Part shown: piece after piece, positions 36,948-46,400 of the stretch
How positions within the stretch are numbered: position 1 is the stretch's first letter
Layout: the number at the start of each line of letters is the position of its first letter
Virus record (IMG/VR): IMGVR_UViG_3300042009_000026
Span: 224,001 to 288,000 of that record
DNA length: 64,000 nucleotides
Source: a virus
Taxonomy: Duplodnaviria; Heunggongvirae; Uroviricota; Caudoviricetes
Reading direction: 5' to 3' (one strand)
Notes under the pieces: model-generated
What the model was told of the DNA's origin: nothing
Databases searched by the model: none
The model's input: only the letters and a program-made list of their open reading frames with translations
Translations under genes and position numbers: made by a program

Positions 36948-37511
36948 ATGTCTTATCTGAATCCGAATAAACTTAAAGCTTTCATGGCCAGCCTGGAAGA
37001 TAGCGATGGTGTAGCGCGTCAAGTAGACGTTACCAATGCTAGTGCTTCAGCAACCAAAGATCATCCTGCCTCACCAGAAGCAGAAGCTAACTCTAATGGT
37101 GAAGCAGCTACTGCTGCCGATACCGTGAAGGTTGGTGATGGCGACGGCGTTACTCCAACTATTCAAGACGCCATCAATGCAGGTGTACAAGTTGGTGAAG
37201 ACATCACTAAGATGGAAGAAGCCAAAGCAGCTTGTGAACATCACATTGGTGAAGTAGCTAACTACATCGACCGTAATGAATCTGTTCCACCATCGTTGGC
37301 TGAAGTAATCAAAGTAAGCTTGGCTCGTCATGACCGCAAGTTCTTTGCTCAGACTGTTCCAGCACTGGAAGCTTTCTCAGCACACACTGGTCGTATGACT
37401 ACTTCCATTGATCTGTTGAAACGACTGAAGTCTGGCGTTGATACCATCAGCCGTGGTCTGGATGCAGCCCGCGAACAAAAAGCTCGACTGGAGGCAATTG
37501 CACATGGCTAA
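36948..37511 (+). CDS. Head-protein propeptide-like module (standalone)
   Basis: ASLE and PALE cleavage-type motifs. IKVSLARHDRKFF..VPALEAF is homologous to the propeptide region of 38442..40202. Confidence 0.7.
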   Translation: MSYLNPNKLKAFMASLEDSDGVARQVDVTNASASATKDHPASPEAEANSNGEAATAADTVKVGDGDGVTPTIQDAINAGVQVGEDITKMEEAKAACEHHIGEVANYIDRNESVPPSLAEVIKVSLARHDRKFFAQTVPALEAFSAHTGRMTTSIDLLKRLKSGVDTISRGLDAAREQKARLEAIAHG

Positions 37512-38040
37512 GGTAAAACTTTCTAAACTGTTGCCTTCATTGGAATCGGAAGACGGTACCGCGGAAGTAGTAGAAGCTAAAGAAGTTAGTGCTGAACTGG
37601 GCAAAGCCGAAGTTCAACAAGTAGCTGACGATGGTTCGGGTAAAGGCGACGTAGCTGAAGCTGCTCAAGAAGTAGAAGTTGATGGCAAGGATTATACCGC
37701 TATCGATGAAGCTTCTAAACGTCAAGGTGAGATCATTCACAAGCAACTCGAACGTCTACAGGAAACCGAAGTATCAGTTGAAGCGTATATCGGTGTATTG
37801 CATACAGCTGCCGCTGCCAGTGATACTATTGGTTCTGGTGCTGCAGCAGTTATCAAATACGATCTGACTTCGCGTTATCCAAAATTCTTTAGTAAGGTTG
37901 TTCCATCTGTAGAGTCTTTCGATGGTGAACATGGTCCTGCTCGTACTACTCGACTAGAACGGGTCCTGCTTGGTAAACTGGGCGAGATCAAAACCAGTAT
38001 TGCTAAGAAACAAGAACAGTTGACAAAGCTAAAAAAGTAG
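37504..38040 (+). CDS. Head-protein propeptide-like module (178 aa), extended by a predicted -1 frameshift
   Basis: GGAGG RBS before ATG 37504. PSLE, VSVE and PSVE motifs. IKYDL...PKFFSKVVPSVESF paralogy. Ends CTA AAA AAG TAG. Confidence 0.75.
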   Translation: MAKVKLSKLLPSLESEDGTAEVVEAKEVSAELGKAEVQQVADDGSGKGDVAEAAQEVEVDGKDYTAIDEASKRQGEIIHKQLERLQETEVSVEAYIGVLHTAAAASDTIGSGAAAVIKYDLTSRYPKFFSKVVPSVESFDGEHGPARTTRLERVLLGKLGEIKTSIAKKQEQLTKLKK

Positions 38041-38057
38041 CAGTCTCGAAAGAGACT
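38031..38057 (+). other. Predicted -1 programmed ribosomal frameshift signal
   Basis: In-register A_AAA_AAG (38031-38037), then the stop codon, then hairpin AGTCTC-GAAA-GAGACT (38042-38057). Confidence 0.75.
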
Positions 38058-38375
38058 TATCTAGAAGGTCCTGATAGTACGTTCACGCATCAAGGTAAAA
38101 CCTACAGCGTAGATCGGTTGTTAGAACTAACCCGTGATCTCCCAGTTGTTCAATTCGACATTACTGAACTCGGATGGATGATCGATGATGATTACGATTT
38201 AAAAAGAATGAAGGCTGCCGATACGTCGGTTCCTATTTGTGTCTATCAACTACCGAAGTCTGGGGCTTGGGTAACAATGGATGGTTATCATCGTGTTATC
38301 AAAGCACTCTACGTTGAGAAGCGTAAAACGATACCAGCCAAGATTGTTACAGAACAGCTACGTAAACAGCTTTAA
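38037..38375 (+). CDS. ParB/Srx-like domain, predicted to be translated as the -1 frameshift extension of 37504
   Basis: RMKAADTSVPICV...MDGYHRVIKA...IPAKIV ParB-N motif. The frame is open from 38007 with no start codon until an RBS-less TTG at 38118. Confidence 0.72.
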   Translation, partial: VAVSKETYLEGPDSTFTHQGKTYSVDRLLELTRDLPVVQFDITELGWMIDDDYDLKRMKAADTSVPICVYQLPKSGAWVTMDGYHRVIKALYVEKRKTIPAKIVTEQLRKQL

Positions 38376-38441
38376 CTAAATCATTCGGTTGGTGCCTCTG
38401 GTACCAACCTTATGTAACTTTAATCCGCGGAGTAACACCAC

Positions 38442-40202
38442 ATGGCTAAGCCAGTAACTAAGAAACCAGCAGTCAAGCCTGCTGTCAAAAAACGTTTTCA
38501 AGATGCAATGGGCTTCCTGGCCTCAATGGAATCTGTAGCTATTGCTGAAGACAAGAATGTATCCGTTGACGCCCCTGTTCAAAAGGACGTCAAAATCGAA
38601 ATCACTGATACCGTTAAACCTAACGATGAAGTTGGTGCTTCCGTAACGAACACCCAGACCAAAGAACTGAAAGATACTACTCAGTCTGGTCTTGCCCAAA
38701 CCCAAGACGTTGGTAAAGTCTCTGTTAAAGAAACTACCGATGCTGGTAATGCTGGCGAAGAAGATGCTGTAACTAACAAAACTCCTGATGCTGTCAAGGC
38801 AGGCGAGAAAGATCTGACCACTGGTGTTGTTTCCCAGGAAGATGCTATCGAAGCCAATGAAACAGAACACCTTGAACCAAAAGAAGCTGATGATGCTGTA
38901 ATGAACGTCGAGCATGCTGTTGAAGAACTCGAAGCTAATGGTATTACGGCTGGTTCCGATAACGCTTTGCAGAAAGCTGAATCGGTAGGGAACGACCTGG
39001 AGAATATCTCTAAAGTAGAAGCTGCTCTGGAACAATATCAAACTCTGTTGGTTGGTATGCGTAAGAAAGGTGTTAAGCCTACTCCCGAGCTGGCCCGCGC
39101 TATCAAGATCTCTCTGGAATCCCATGACCGCAATTTCTTCCGTCCTATCGTTAGCTCGCTAGAAGACTTCGCCCGCCCTGATACCCGTCTGGTTGCTAGC
39201 CGTGGTTTGGAAGCAGCTATCGGTGACAAACTGAAAGACCTGGGTGCTGCTGCCGGTAATGCTCTGCAACGTCTGATCGAAATGCTGATCGATGCTTGGA
39301 ACCACTTCACTCGTGACACTCCTAAGCTGATCGAAGAACTGGATAAGACCATCAAAGCTGTACAAGGTGCTGAACTTGCTGCTGGCGAAGACCTGCAAGT
39401 TAAGTCTGCTGGTCGTCTGATGATCAATGGTAACTTTGCTGGTGATTCTGTTGACGTTGTTAAGAACGTTGAGAAGACCGCACAACAACTGCTGGTTGAC
39501 TGGCCACAAGCTCTGATCCAACTCGTACAGACCATCGAAGCTTCCGGTAAGCAAGTAGCTGTGTCTAACGAAGACTCTGCTGGCTCTGCCCATGGCGTTG
39601 AAGAAGCTGCACAGAAAGCTCTCGAAGCTACTTTCTCTCAGTTTACCCAAGTTGATTCCGGTGAAGCCCCTAGTTCGATGGGTGCCTATGAAATCGTAAC
39701 TCGTTCGCCTGTCATGCCTGGTAACAAAGCCATGTTCATTGGTATTGGTTCCGGTACTAGTGCGGCTGAGAACGTTGCCGATAAGAACTTCATGAAGTTT
39801 GAATTCGCTTCTACTGGTGATGCTGAGTCTGGTGAAGCTGGTGTTAAGATCCCTTCGAAAGAACGTGCCGTTGCTGCTCTGAATGCTGTTAAAGGCATCG
39901 TTGCTAACCTGATCGGTAAAGATACTTCGATGGGTGCTCTGAAGAACCTACGTAAGACTATCACTTCTGGTAATCCTACCGCTAAGGGTGCTGTTCAAGC
40001 TGCTCTGATGCAACACCGGATGTTCATGGGTTATCTGACCACTCTGGTTAAATCCTACATCGCATTCTATGGTCAAGTGGCTGCTGAAAGTACTGGTAAA
40101 GGCGTTGCTGTTCGTGAGAACAACCAAGCTGCTCCAACTGACGGCAAAACTAAAGACCGTACCAAAGAAGCGGATGATGAATCCGTAGTCTCCGTACAGT
40201 AA
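38442..40202 (+). CDS. Internal head protein with a long acidic propeptide (phiKZ gp162/gp93-family-like)
   Basis: Many S/A/G-x-E motifs (ASME, VSQE, AALE, ISLE, SSLE, RGLE). High-expression codon bias. Lies upstream of PAAR and spike. Confidence 0.7.
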   Translation: MAKPVTKKPAVKPAVKKRFQDAMGFLASMESVAIAEDKNVSVDAPVQKDVKIEITDTVKPNDEVGASVTNTQTKELKDTTQSGLAQTQDVGKVSVKETTDAGNAGEEDAVTNKTPDAVKAGEKDLTTGVVSQEDAIEANETEHLEPKEADDAVMNVEHAVEELEANGITAGSDNALQKAESVGNDLENISKVEAALEQYQTLLVGMRKKGVKPTPELARAIKISLESHDRNFFRPIVSSLEDFARPDTRLVASRGLEAAIGDKLKDLGAAAGNALQRLIEMLIDAWNHFTRDTPKLIEELDKTIKAVQGAELAAGEDLQVKSAGRLMINGNFAGDSVDVVKNVEKTAQQLLVDWPQALIQLVQTIEASGKQVAVSNEDSAGSAHGVEEAAQKALEATFSQFTQVDSGEAPSSMGAYEIVTRSPVMPGNKAMFIGIGSGTSAAENVADKNFMKFEFASTGDAESGEAGVKIPSKERAVAALNAVKGIVANLIGKDTSMGALKNLRKTITSGNPTAKGAVQAALMQHRMFMGYLTTLVKSYIAFYGQVAAESTGKGVAVRENNQAAPTDGKTKDRTKEADDESVVSVQ

Positions 40203-40211
40203 GGTATTCCC

Positions 40212-41375
40212 ATGGCCGATATCACTCTAACACAGGTTGACGCTGACCTGGCCCGACTGAACCAGTACAACCTGGCTCTCGAAGGTTTCCAGCGTGTGAT
40301 GGAAGGTCGTGAGATCGTTACTGGTCCACTGGCGGTGGCAATGCGCATCGCCTTGGAGGACGCTGAAGTTGATCAGGATGATGACAAAGGCGTTACGGGT
40401 AAAGACATTGCGACTGGATTTAAGAAAGTAGCTATTACTGTTAAGAACATTATTCAGTGGCTATTGCGTACAATTGGTAAGCTGGTTGAGAAACTCGGCC
40501 TTGGGATGCAACGTCTGGGTGAGAAAGGCCGTAAGGTTAAACAAGCTCTAGCGGAAATGCCTGAAGCTGCCCGTGCCAGTCTGGGTAAAGGTGATGCTTC
40601 TGAGATTCCTCAGGACGTCTTACAACCAGAGATGCTTGCTATTGCTGGTGAATTTGTAGGCAATGACATTGAAGCAATTAACAACGTCATTAAGATGGGT
40701 ACTTACATCAATGGAGATTTCCCTAAGATGTTTGACCAGATCATGGGCACTACTGAGCAATTAGCTCGTAAGCACATGAATGATGATACCTCTGAAGAAT
40801 TCTTTAAAGCTTTGGCTGCAACACTTAGTACAGGTCTCAAACGCCCTACTGTTCCTTTCAGTGGTGATCATTTTGCTGCTGCTGTAGCTAATGAAGAAGA
40901 CACAATCAACACTGTTCCTTTGATGGGTGACCAAGGTTTCGTAATGCCTGATCCGAAAGGCTCCGGTACACTAAACGAAAACAACCCTATTGAACAGCTG
41001 CGTGGTTATTTTGTATGGCACTTCGGTGACTACAATACTAAGAGCACAGGTTCTGTTGATATCCCAGTAGTTGACTTCGCAACAATCTCTAAGATTACCG
41101 ATTTGATCGATAAGTCTATCAATGATAATATCGATAGTTCTAGTGAACTTAAGTCATTGATGGATAAACGTGTAAGTGCAACTAATGCATTACTCGATGA
41201 AATGGCAAAAGGAGATGGCCCTGGTGCACGTGGTGAGATCGCTATGTGTGTCGGTGTAATGCTTCAACGCTTCGCTGATTGCCTAACGAATATTCATGGT
41301 TGGTACGCACGTACATTGACACAAGAACTTGGTTATCTGAATACTTGCATCGATGTAGCCTCTAAAGGCAAATAA
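40212..41375 (+). CDS. Internal head protein (phiKZ gp163-like paralogue)
   Basis: LALE and IALE motifs. ML.IAGEFVGND resembles LMINGNFAGD in the upstream gene. Confidence 0.68.
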   Translation: MADITLTQVDADLARLNQYNLALEGFQRVMEGREIVTGPLAVAMRIALEDAEVDQDDDKGVTGKDIATGFKKVAITVKNIIQWLLRTIGKLVEKLGLGMQRLGEKGRKVKQALAEMPEAARASLGKGDASEIPQDVLQPEMLAIAGEFVGNDIEAINNVIKMGTYINGDFPKMFDQIMGTTEQLARKHMNDDTSEEFFKALAATLSTGLKRPTVPFSGDHFAAAVANEEDTINTVPLMGDQGFVMPDPKGSGTLNENNPIEQLRGYFVWHFGDYNTKSTGSVDIPVVDFATISKITDLIDKSINDNIDSSSELKSLMDKRVSATNALLDEMAKGDGPGARGEIAMCVGVMLQRFADCLTNIHGWYARTLTQELGYLNTCIDVASKGK

Positions 41376-41378
41376 CGA

Positions 41379-41410
41379 CATAGTGGCTTCCCTTGCGGGA
41401 AGCCTTTATG
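41379..41410. terminator. Bidirectional CATA-hairpin-TATG element
   Basis: CATAGT-GGCTTCCC-TTGC-GGGAAGCC-TTTATG between convergent genes. Confidence 0.75.
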
Positions 41411-41415
41411 CTGTC

Positions 41416-41679
41416 TCATGCTGAGCACGTATGCTTAGGGTCACCAGTGGCTTCATGGTTACATGTAGCACGCATTCCCGCTAGCACTACGGGAATGCCA
41501 TTGATTGTAAAGATCGCACTGCCTTGCGGCATTATAGCGCTTGCATGGGAACCACTACCATGTCCAGTTACACTTGCCCCCATCGTAGCGATAGGGACAC
41601 CATTGATTGTAGCGATGGATTGGGTGGGTTGGATAATCCCACCTGCTGTATCAATACCTGCTCTTGCAATACCACTCAT
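41416..41679 (-). CDS. PAAR-repeat spike tip protein
   Basis: GIARAG.D.AGG, INGVPIA..G..V..HG...H, INGIPV..AG..ATC.H metal-binding PAAR pattern. Confidence 0.92.
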   Translation of the reverse strand: MSGIARAGIDTAGGIIQPTQSIATINGVPIATMGASVTGHGSGSHASAIMPQGSAIFTINGIPVVLAGMRATCNHEATGDPKHTCSA

Positions 41680-41682
41680 ATG

Positions 41683-42549
41683 TCACCCTACGATTGCGAA
41701 ACCACCAGATGCTTTAATCAAAACCTTACCGCCACCGATAGTGACGTCAGGAGCCGCTATGTTGACTGTTTGTGACGTACTGGTAACATTAGTCGTCTGA
41801 GTACTTACCGTGTCAGGAGTGAGCTTATAGACGGTCCCACCTACGGTTAACGTAATAGATTCTGCAGCAAACAATTCAATTGTCTTTCTTTCGATCTTAA
41901 TGAAGGTACCATCGGCATTCTTCATTTGGATTCGGTTCTCACGGGAAACAATTTCGATCTCGTTATTGATATCATCCGTAATTGTGAATTCACCGGTATC
42001 TGTATTGAACTGTTGGGTATAAGCATACGGTTCACCGTTCGCTTTGGATGTACCAAAGGTAAAGTGTTTGTCATGTGCTGATACGGCCATGTAATAACAC
42101 GTATTGAAGTCAACGCCTGCACCACCAGGAGTAGGAGAAGCATTCCAGGTATAGACAACAGATTCTAATGCCCGTAGTTCGTTCTTTAAGGCCAGTGAGC
42201 GCCAATAGTATTTGTCTGAGTCTCCTAGTCGCCATACTTCTACGAGTTCGTTACGCATGATGTCAGGAGGTGTAGCACGGTTATCCTCAGAAGGTAACCA
42301 TTCACAGGGAACAGATCGTTCAGCTGTTGTTTTGACTTGGTGAGTTGCTCCGCTAGTGTCTTGCCATTCCCTTACGGTTTCTTTGGGATCAAATTTGATT
42401 TCCCCATCAGTAGCCATTGCCTTCTCGTTCATGAGAACGTTCAGTGTTTTAGACTTGCGGGGCTTGTTCTCTTTAGACGTACCGATAGAAACTAATCGGA
42501 ACATGGATGCGGCTTGGCCGCTTATTGGTTTCTGTGAAGCTTGTTCCAT
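41683..42549 (-). CDS. Baseplate central spike (gpV/gp138-like; phiKZ gp164-like)
   Basis: OB-fold-like N-part (CEWLP....RATPPD...E.V.V) and beta-strand-repeat C-terminus. Adjacent to PAAR. AAGGA RBS before ATG 42549. Confidence 0.78.
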   Translation of the reverse strand: MEQASQKPISGQAASMFRLVSIGTSKENKPRKSKTLNVLMNEKAMATDGEIKFDPKETVREWQDTSGATHQVKTTAERSVPCEWLPSEDNRATPPDIMRNELVEVWRLGDSDKYYWRSLALKNELRALESVVYTWNASPTPGGAGVDFNTCYYMAVSAHDKHFTFGTSKANGEPYAYTQQFNTDTGEFTITDDINNEIEIVSRENRIQMKNADGTFIKIERKTIELFAAESITLTVGGTVYKLTPDTVSTQTTNVTSTSQTVNIAAPDVTIGGGKVLIKASGGFAIVG

Positions 42550-42631
42550 TTTGATATCCTTGAAGATTATACTCAAGAGCCAGATCTAATGTAGACAACG
42601 GCGCTAAGAATAAGGAAGGGGGCTTTTTACT

Positions 42632-45124
42632 GTGTATCTAAGTTTAGTAAAGTTAGAGCGATACAAACGATTGATGTTATCGAACATCCAAAGTTTGGAA
42701 TGGACACCAACAAAGAACCTGATGGTAATTATTGGTAGCAATGGTTCGGGTAAGTCCTCATTGCTTGATGAGCTATCCCCACTACCTTCTCATCACTCTC
42801 AATTCGAGAAAGATGGCAGTAAGACAGTACACTGCATGCACCGTAATGCTCGGTATGTATTGCATTCACATTACGATCGTGGTACAGGTCATCATTCATT
42901 TATCCGTGATGACATTGAACTGAATGAAGGTGGTACCTATCAAATTCAACTTGATCTCTGTAAGCAAGAGTTCGGGTTACAGCAAGACATCCAAGATTTG
43001 ATGACTGGACGTACTAAGTTCTCTCAGCTCCCAGTTAACAAACGTCGTGATTGGTTGACTCGTGCATCTCCAGTAGACCTGGGTTATGCGTTTAACATAT
43101 TGTCCAAAGTTACAGATGCTGCCCGTGCACAGAAGAATGTTATCGATCACATGACTAAGCGTCTAGCGAATGAAAACATTGATATGCTGGATGACTCAGA
43201 GATTTCTCGACTGCGTCAAGAACGTCAGCGGTTGACTGATCGGGTTAACACATTGTTCCTGCATCGGAATCCTTCATCCAAACGTGGCTTTGCTCACAAC
43301 GGACATGCTAAAGAAGAACTGGATGCACTCATCTACGATGCCAAGTGGCTACTGCGCCAATACCCACGCCTGACTGATAACACTCGGGTTGTCAATAAAG
43401 GCGAGTATAACCAGATCGTTAACCAACGTCTGGCTAACGTACAAGCTGCGCAAGCAGTAATTGATCGGTTGTTAGAAGAACTTGAAACTATTCGTGCTAC
43501 AACACCAGCACAGATGGATAAGATCTCACCTGAGGATCTAGCTGAGTTGAAAGAGAGATTGCAACATCACTTAACAACTGCGAATGAACAAAGCAGTGTG
43601 ATGAAAGCTTATCAAGGCTCGATCCCTTTGTGTCGTACAGGATTATTTGGTGATCAACATGCTCGGTTAGAAGATGCATTTGATCGTGCTTACGGTATTG
43701 TGATGTCCATCCCTAACAACGAAGATGGGGAAATGTCCACAGCCATTGCGCAAAACAAAAAAGAACAACTGAAAGAGTTCAAACATAAACTGCGTAGCAT
43801 CGAAGAGTTTATCTCCGAGACAATGCGTCGCATTGCTACATTAAAAGGATGCGACCATGTACAGTGTCCAAATTGCCAACACACATTCGCTCCTGGTGTA
43901 GATCCGAAAGATATACCGCAACTGGAAGAAAGACTGCGAAAAGCCTCCGAGGCAGAAGCTCATTTCCAACGTGAGATAAAAGCCATTGATGAGTACTTGG
44001 AACGGTATGTTGATTATGCTGGCTATGTACAGCAATTCCAACAAATTACCAGGGATCATCGTGACTACGCGGCAGTATGGGAATGGATGGTCGGTGAAGG
44101 TAGACTGTTCCGTTCACCTAAGTCGATTGCCACAGATGTAATTAGCTGGCACACTGCACAACAGGCGATGATCGAAACAGAAATCCAGATCGAACACAGT
44201 AAGCAGATAGAAGCTCGTTTGAAAGTTATCGAAGAGATTGACTTTGATGCTGCAGGTTACATGATGCAACGAGCTATAGACCTGGAAACAGAAGTCAATG
44301 TTAAACTGTTGCAACAACAATCTACTCGGGATGCAATCGAAGCATATATGCATTCGGGTAATGATGTTGATGTATTCATTGGTAAAGTGAATGGTTGTTT
44401 GGAATCATTTGCTAAATGGCGCGAACTGGCTCTGCAACATGCCGAGTGGTTGTTGGACCAAGCGTTTACTTCTGAGATCGATGCTACTCACCAACAACTA
44501 GCCACTACTGGTAATCGTTTGCGTGAAGCAGAACGTCGGGATACAGAAATTCGTTTGCTGGAAGATACGGTAGCTGATGCAGCTGATGCTTATACAGACT
44601 TACAACTCCTGGCTAAAGCGCTTTCCCCTAAAGGTGGATTGATTGGTCAGTACATGTTGGGGTTTTTGCAGGGGGTAACTAAATTGGTTAATACAGTCAT
44701 CGAAGATGTCTGGACTTACCCAATGGAAGTATTGCCTTCGAAGATTGATAAAGAAGATCTGGATTATAAGTTCCCATTGAACGTATCAAATGGTGCTGTG
44801 GAACCTACCGATATCGATTTGGGTTCTGATTCACAGAAAGAGATCGTTAACTTTGCCTTCCGTATTGCATTGTTAAAGTTCATGGGCTTTGACGACTTCC
44901 CTTTGATGCTGGATGAATTCGGTCGTACCTTCGATGAACAACATCGGGCTAACTTGATTCCATTCATTTCACGCATGATTGAGATGGGGCAATACCAACA
45001 GATTTTTTATATCAGTCACTACCAGAACACACATGGTGCCTTCAACCAAGCTGAGATTGTTGTACTTGATCCAACTAACGTTACAGTGCCAGAGCAATTC
45101 AATAAAAACATGGTGATGACATGA
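42632..45124 (+). CDS. sbcC: SbcC/Rad50-like SMC ATPase (phiKZ gp165-like)
   Basis: Walker A GSNGSGKS, coiled coils with a CPNC zinc hook, variant signature GSDSQ, Walker B LMLDE and H-loop ISH. Confidence 0.9.
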   Translation: MYLSLVKLERYKRLMLSNIQSLEWTPTKNLMVIIGSNGSGKSSLLDELSPLPSHHSQFEKDGSKTVHCMHRNARYVLHSHYDRGTGHHSFIRDDIELNEGGTYQIQLDLCKQEFGLQQDIQDLMTGRTKFSQLPVNKRRDWLTRASPVDLGYAFNILSKVTDAARAQKNVIDHMTKRLANENIDMLDDSEISRLRQERQRLTDRVNTLFLHRNPSSKRGFAHNGHAKEELDALIYDAKWLLRQYPRLTDNTRVVNKGEYNQIVNQRLANVQAAQAVIDRLLEELETIRATTPAQMDKISPEDLAELKERLQHHLTTANEQSSVMKAYQGSIPLCRTGLFGDQHARLEDAFDRAYGIVMSIPNNEDGEMSTAIAQNKKEQLKEFKHKLRSIEEFISETMRRIATLKGCDHVQCPNCQHTFAPGVDPKDIPQLEERLRKASEAEAHFQREIKAIDEYLERYVDYAGYVQQFQQITRDHRDYAAVWEWMVGEGRLFRSPKSIATDVISWHTAQQAMIETEIQIEHSKQIEARLKVIEEIDFDAAGYMMQRAIDLETEVNVKLLQQQSTRDAIEAYMHSGNDVDVFIGKVNGCLESFAKWRELALQHAEWLLDQAFTSEIDATHQQLATTGNRLREAERRDTEIRLLEDTVADAADAYTDLQLLAKALSPKGGLIGQYMLGFLQGVTKLVNTVIEDVWTYPMEVLPSKIDKEDLDYKFPLNVSNGAVEPTDIDLGSDSQKEIVNFAFRIALLKFMGFDDFPLMLDEFGRTFDEQHRANLIPFISRMIEMGQYQQIFYISHYQNTHGAFNQAEIVVLDPTNVTVPEQFNKNMVMT

Positions 45125-45198
45125 CCGCTGCTGCTGTTGTTATTATCGGAGGTGGCCTTGTGGTCGCCTACCGACGGTTACAAAAATTAATGTCGTAA
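45121..45198 (+). CDS. Putative 25-aa membrane micropeptide
   Basis: ATGA overlap with the sbcC stop. Translates as MTAAAVVIIGGGLVVAYRRLQKLMS. Not in the ORF track. Confidence 0.45.
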   Translation: MTAAAVVIIGGGLVVAYRRLQKLMS

Positions 45199-45215
45199 TG
45201 CATTAATTCTCAGAT

Positions 45216-45236
45216 CTATATTACAACTGTGAATCT
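45216..45236 (+). promoter_or_regulatory. phiKZ-type early promoter (TATATTAC)
   Basis: CTATATTACAACTGTGAATCT, 20/21 identical to 46626-46646. Precedes an AAGGA RBS and small genes. Confidence 0.8.
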
Positions 45237-45254
45237 GAACCCTTAAGGACCATC

Positions 45255-45764
45255 ATGTCTACTACCTATTCACTGAAAGCATTCGCCTCAAGTTATTCCC
45301 TGTCAATCGAACAGTTGTTCGATCGTAGCTGGATGCTCTACGATGTTACGAAACTGCGGATACTTCATCTGGGTAATCCGATCACGTTTATCCATGATGG
45401 CAATCAGATACCTGAGTTCTTTGAGTATCGTAAACCTGGCGTTAATGGACACCAAGTTCGTGGTTCGTTTATGAACCAGGTTCATGATTTGACAGTTAAC
45501 AAACGTGATATCCAAGCATGGTTTGATGCAGCTACAGGCAATCGTGATCAACGTGCAACCAATCCCTACCGATCAAAGGATCTTTGCACTTATGGACATA
45601 CCTGGTTCGAAACCATTCTGGCTACGATGAAATCCCCGAACAGTTTGTTGTGCTGGCATATCACCAACCGCAATCAACAAATCGAAGATATCAAGAATCC
45701 CCCTCCAACGAAAGAAGCTAAGCCGAGTTTCTTCGACAACATCAAGAAAAAGCTGTTCGCTTAA
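45255..45764 (+). CDS. Early hypothetical protein
   Basis: 169 aa, AAGGA RBS, first gene after the early promoter. Confidence 0.75.
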   Translation: MSTTYSLKAFASSYSLSIEQLFDRSWMLYDVTKLRILHLGNPITFIHDGNQIPEFFEYRKPGVNGHQVRGSFMNQVHDLTVNKRDIQAWFDAATGNRDQRATNPYRSKDLCTYGHTWFETILATMKSPNSLLCWHITNRNQQIEDIKNPPPTKEAKPSFFDNIKKKLFA

Positions 45765-45772
45765 GGTATTAC

Positions 45773-46177
45773 ATGGAACGCGATTACTTCAAAGAAACCC
45801 TACCAGAATTCCGTACCCCTCGTGCCAATGGTGGACTGTGGCAAAAGGATGATGTTGCACGTCATGTGACAACATGGGTTTGTACCCTGACAAACTCGCT
45901 TGAACGTGACACTTGGTTCTTTGCCGTTAAGGTAAAGCATGTTGGTGGTGAACTCGATGGACAAGAGGAAGTGCATTTCTTTCTTGATGAACGAGATGCT
46001 TGGTTGTACCGTGCAGATCGAATGGGCTCTAAAGAAGTGCACTGGGTTTCCTATGAGCGCTTCATTAACATGCAACGCAAAGTTGTAGAAGAAGGCGAAA
46101 TCAAAACGATGGACTTTTCAGCCCGTACCCTGTGGGATGGCTATACGCTACAGGAAATCCGTAATCTAAAAGTGTGA
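45773..46177 (+). CDS. Early hypothetical protein
   Basis: 134 aa, AAGGT RBS. Confidence 0.72.
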   Translation: MERDYFKETLPEFRTPRANGGLWQKDDVARHVTTWVCTLTNSLERDTWFFAVKVKHVGGELDGQEEVHFFLDERDAWLYRADRMGSKEVHWVSYERFINMQRKVVEEGEIKTMDFSARTLWDGYTLQEIRNLKV

Positions 46178-46178
46178 G

Positions 46179-46400
46179 GTGGTTATGTTAACTGCTTATA
46201 AAGTCGCTGTACTGATGGTGGTATACGGTATGATCTTCTATCTGTTCTGGATTGATGATTATCGCCGTTTGCTGACGAAACTTGTTGATCACCGCCGTGA
46301 CCAACTGGGTCACTACATCAACACAACCATGGGCTGTATCCATATCGCAATGGGTATCTACATCTTCGGCTGTGTTGTCCACTTAGTCTGGAATCTATAA
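46179..46400 (+). CDS. Early small membrane protein (2 TM)
   Basis: Two hydrophobic segments. Start is GTG 46179 or ATG 46185 after GAGGT. Confidence 0.62.
   Translation: MVMLTAYKVAVLMVVYGMIFYLFWIDDYRRLLTKLVDHRRDQLGHYINTTMGCIHIAMGIYIFGCVVHLVWNL

Noticed and set aside
37438-37511. Possible frameshift linking 36948 to 37504
   Set aside because: The downstream gene is in the +1 frame, has its own GGAGG-ATG, and there is no in-register slippery heptamer.
41393-41800. 135-aa plus-strand ORF
   Set aside because: Antisense to the clear PAAR and spike genes, and it starts inside a terminator hairpin.
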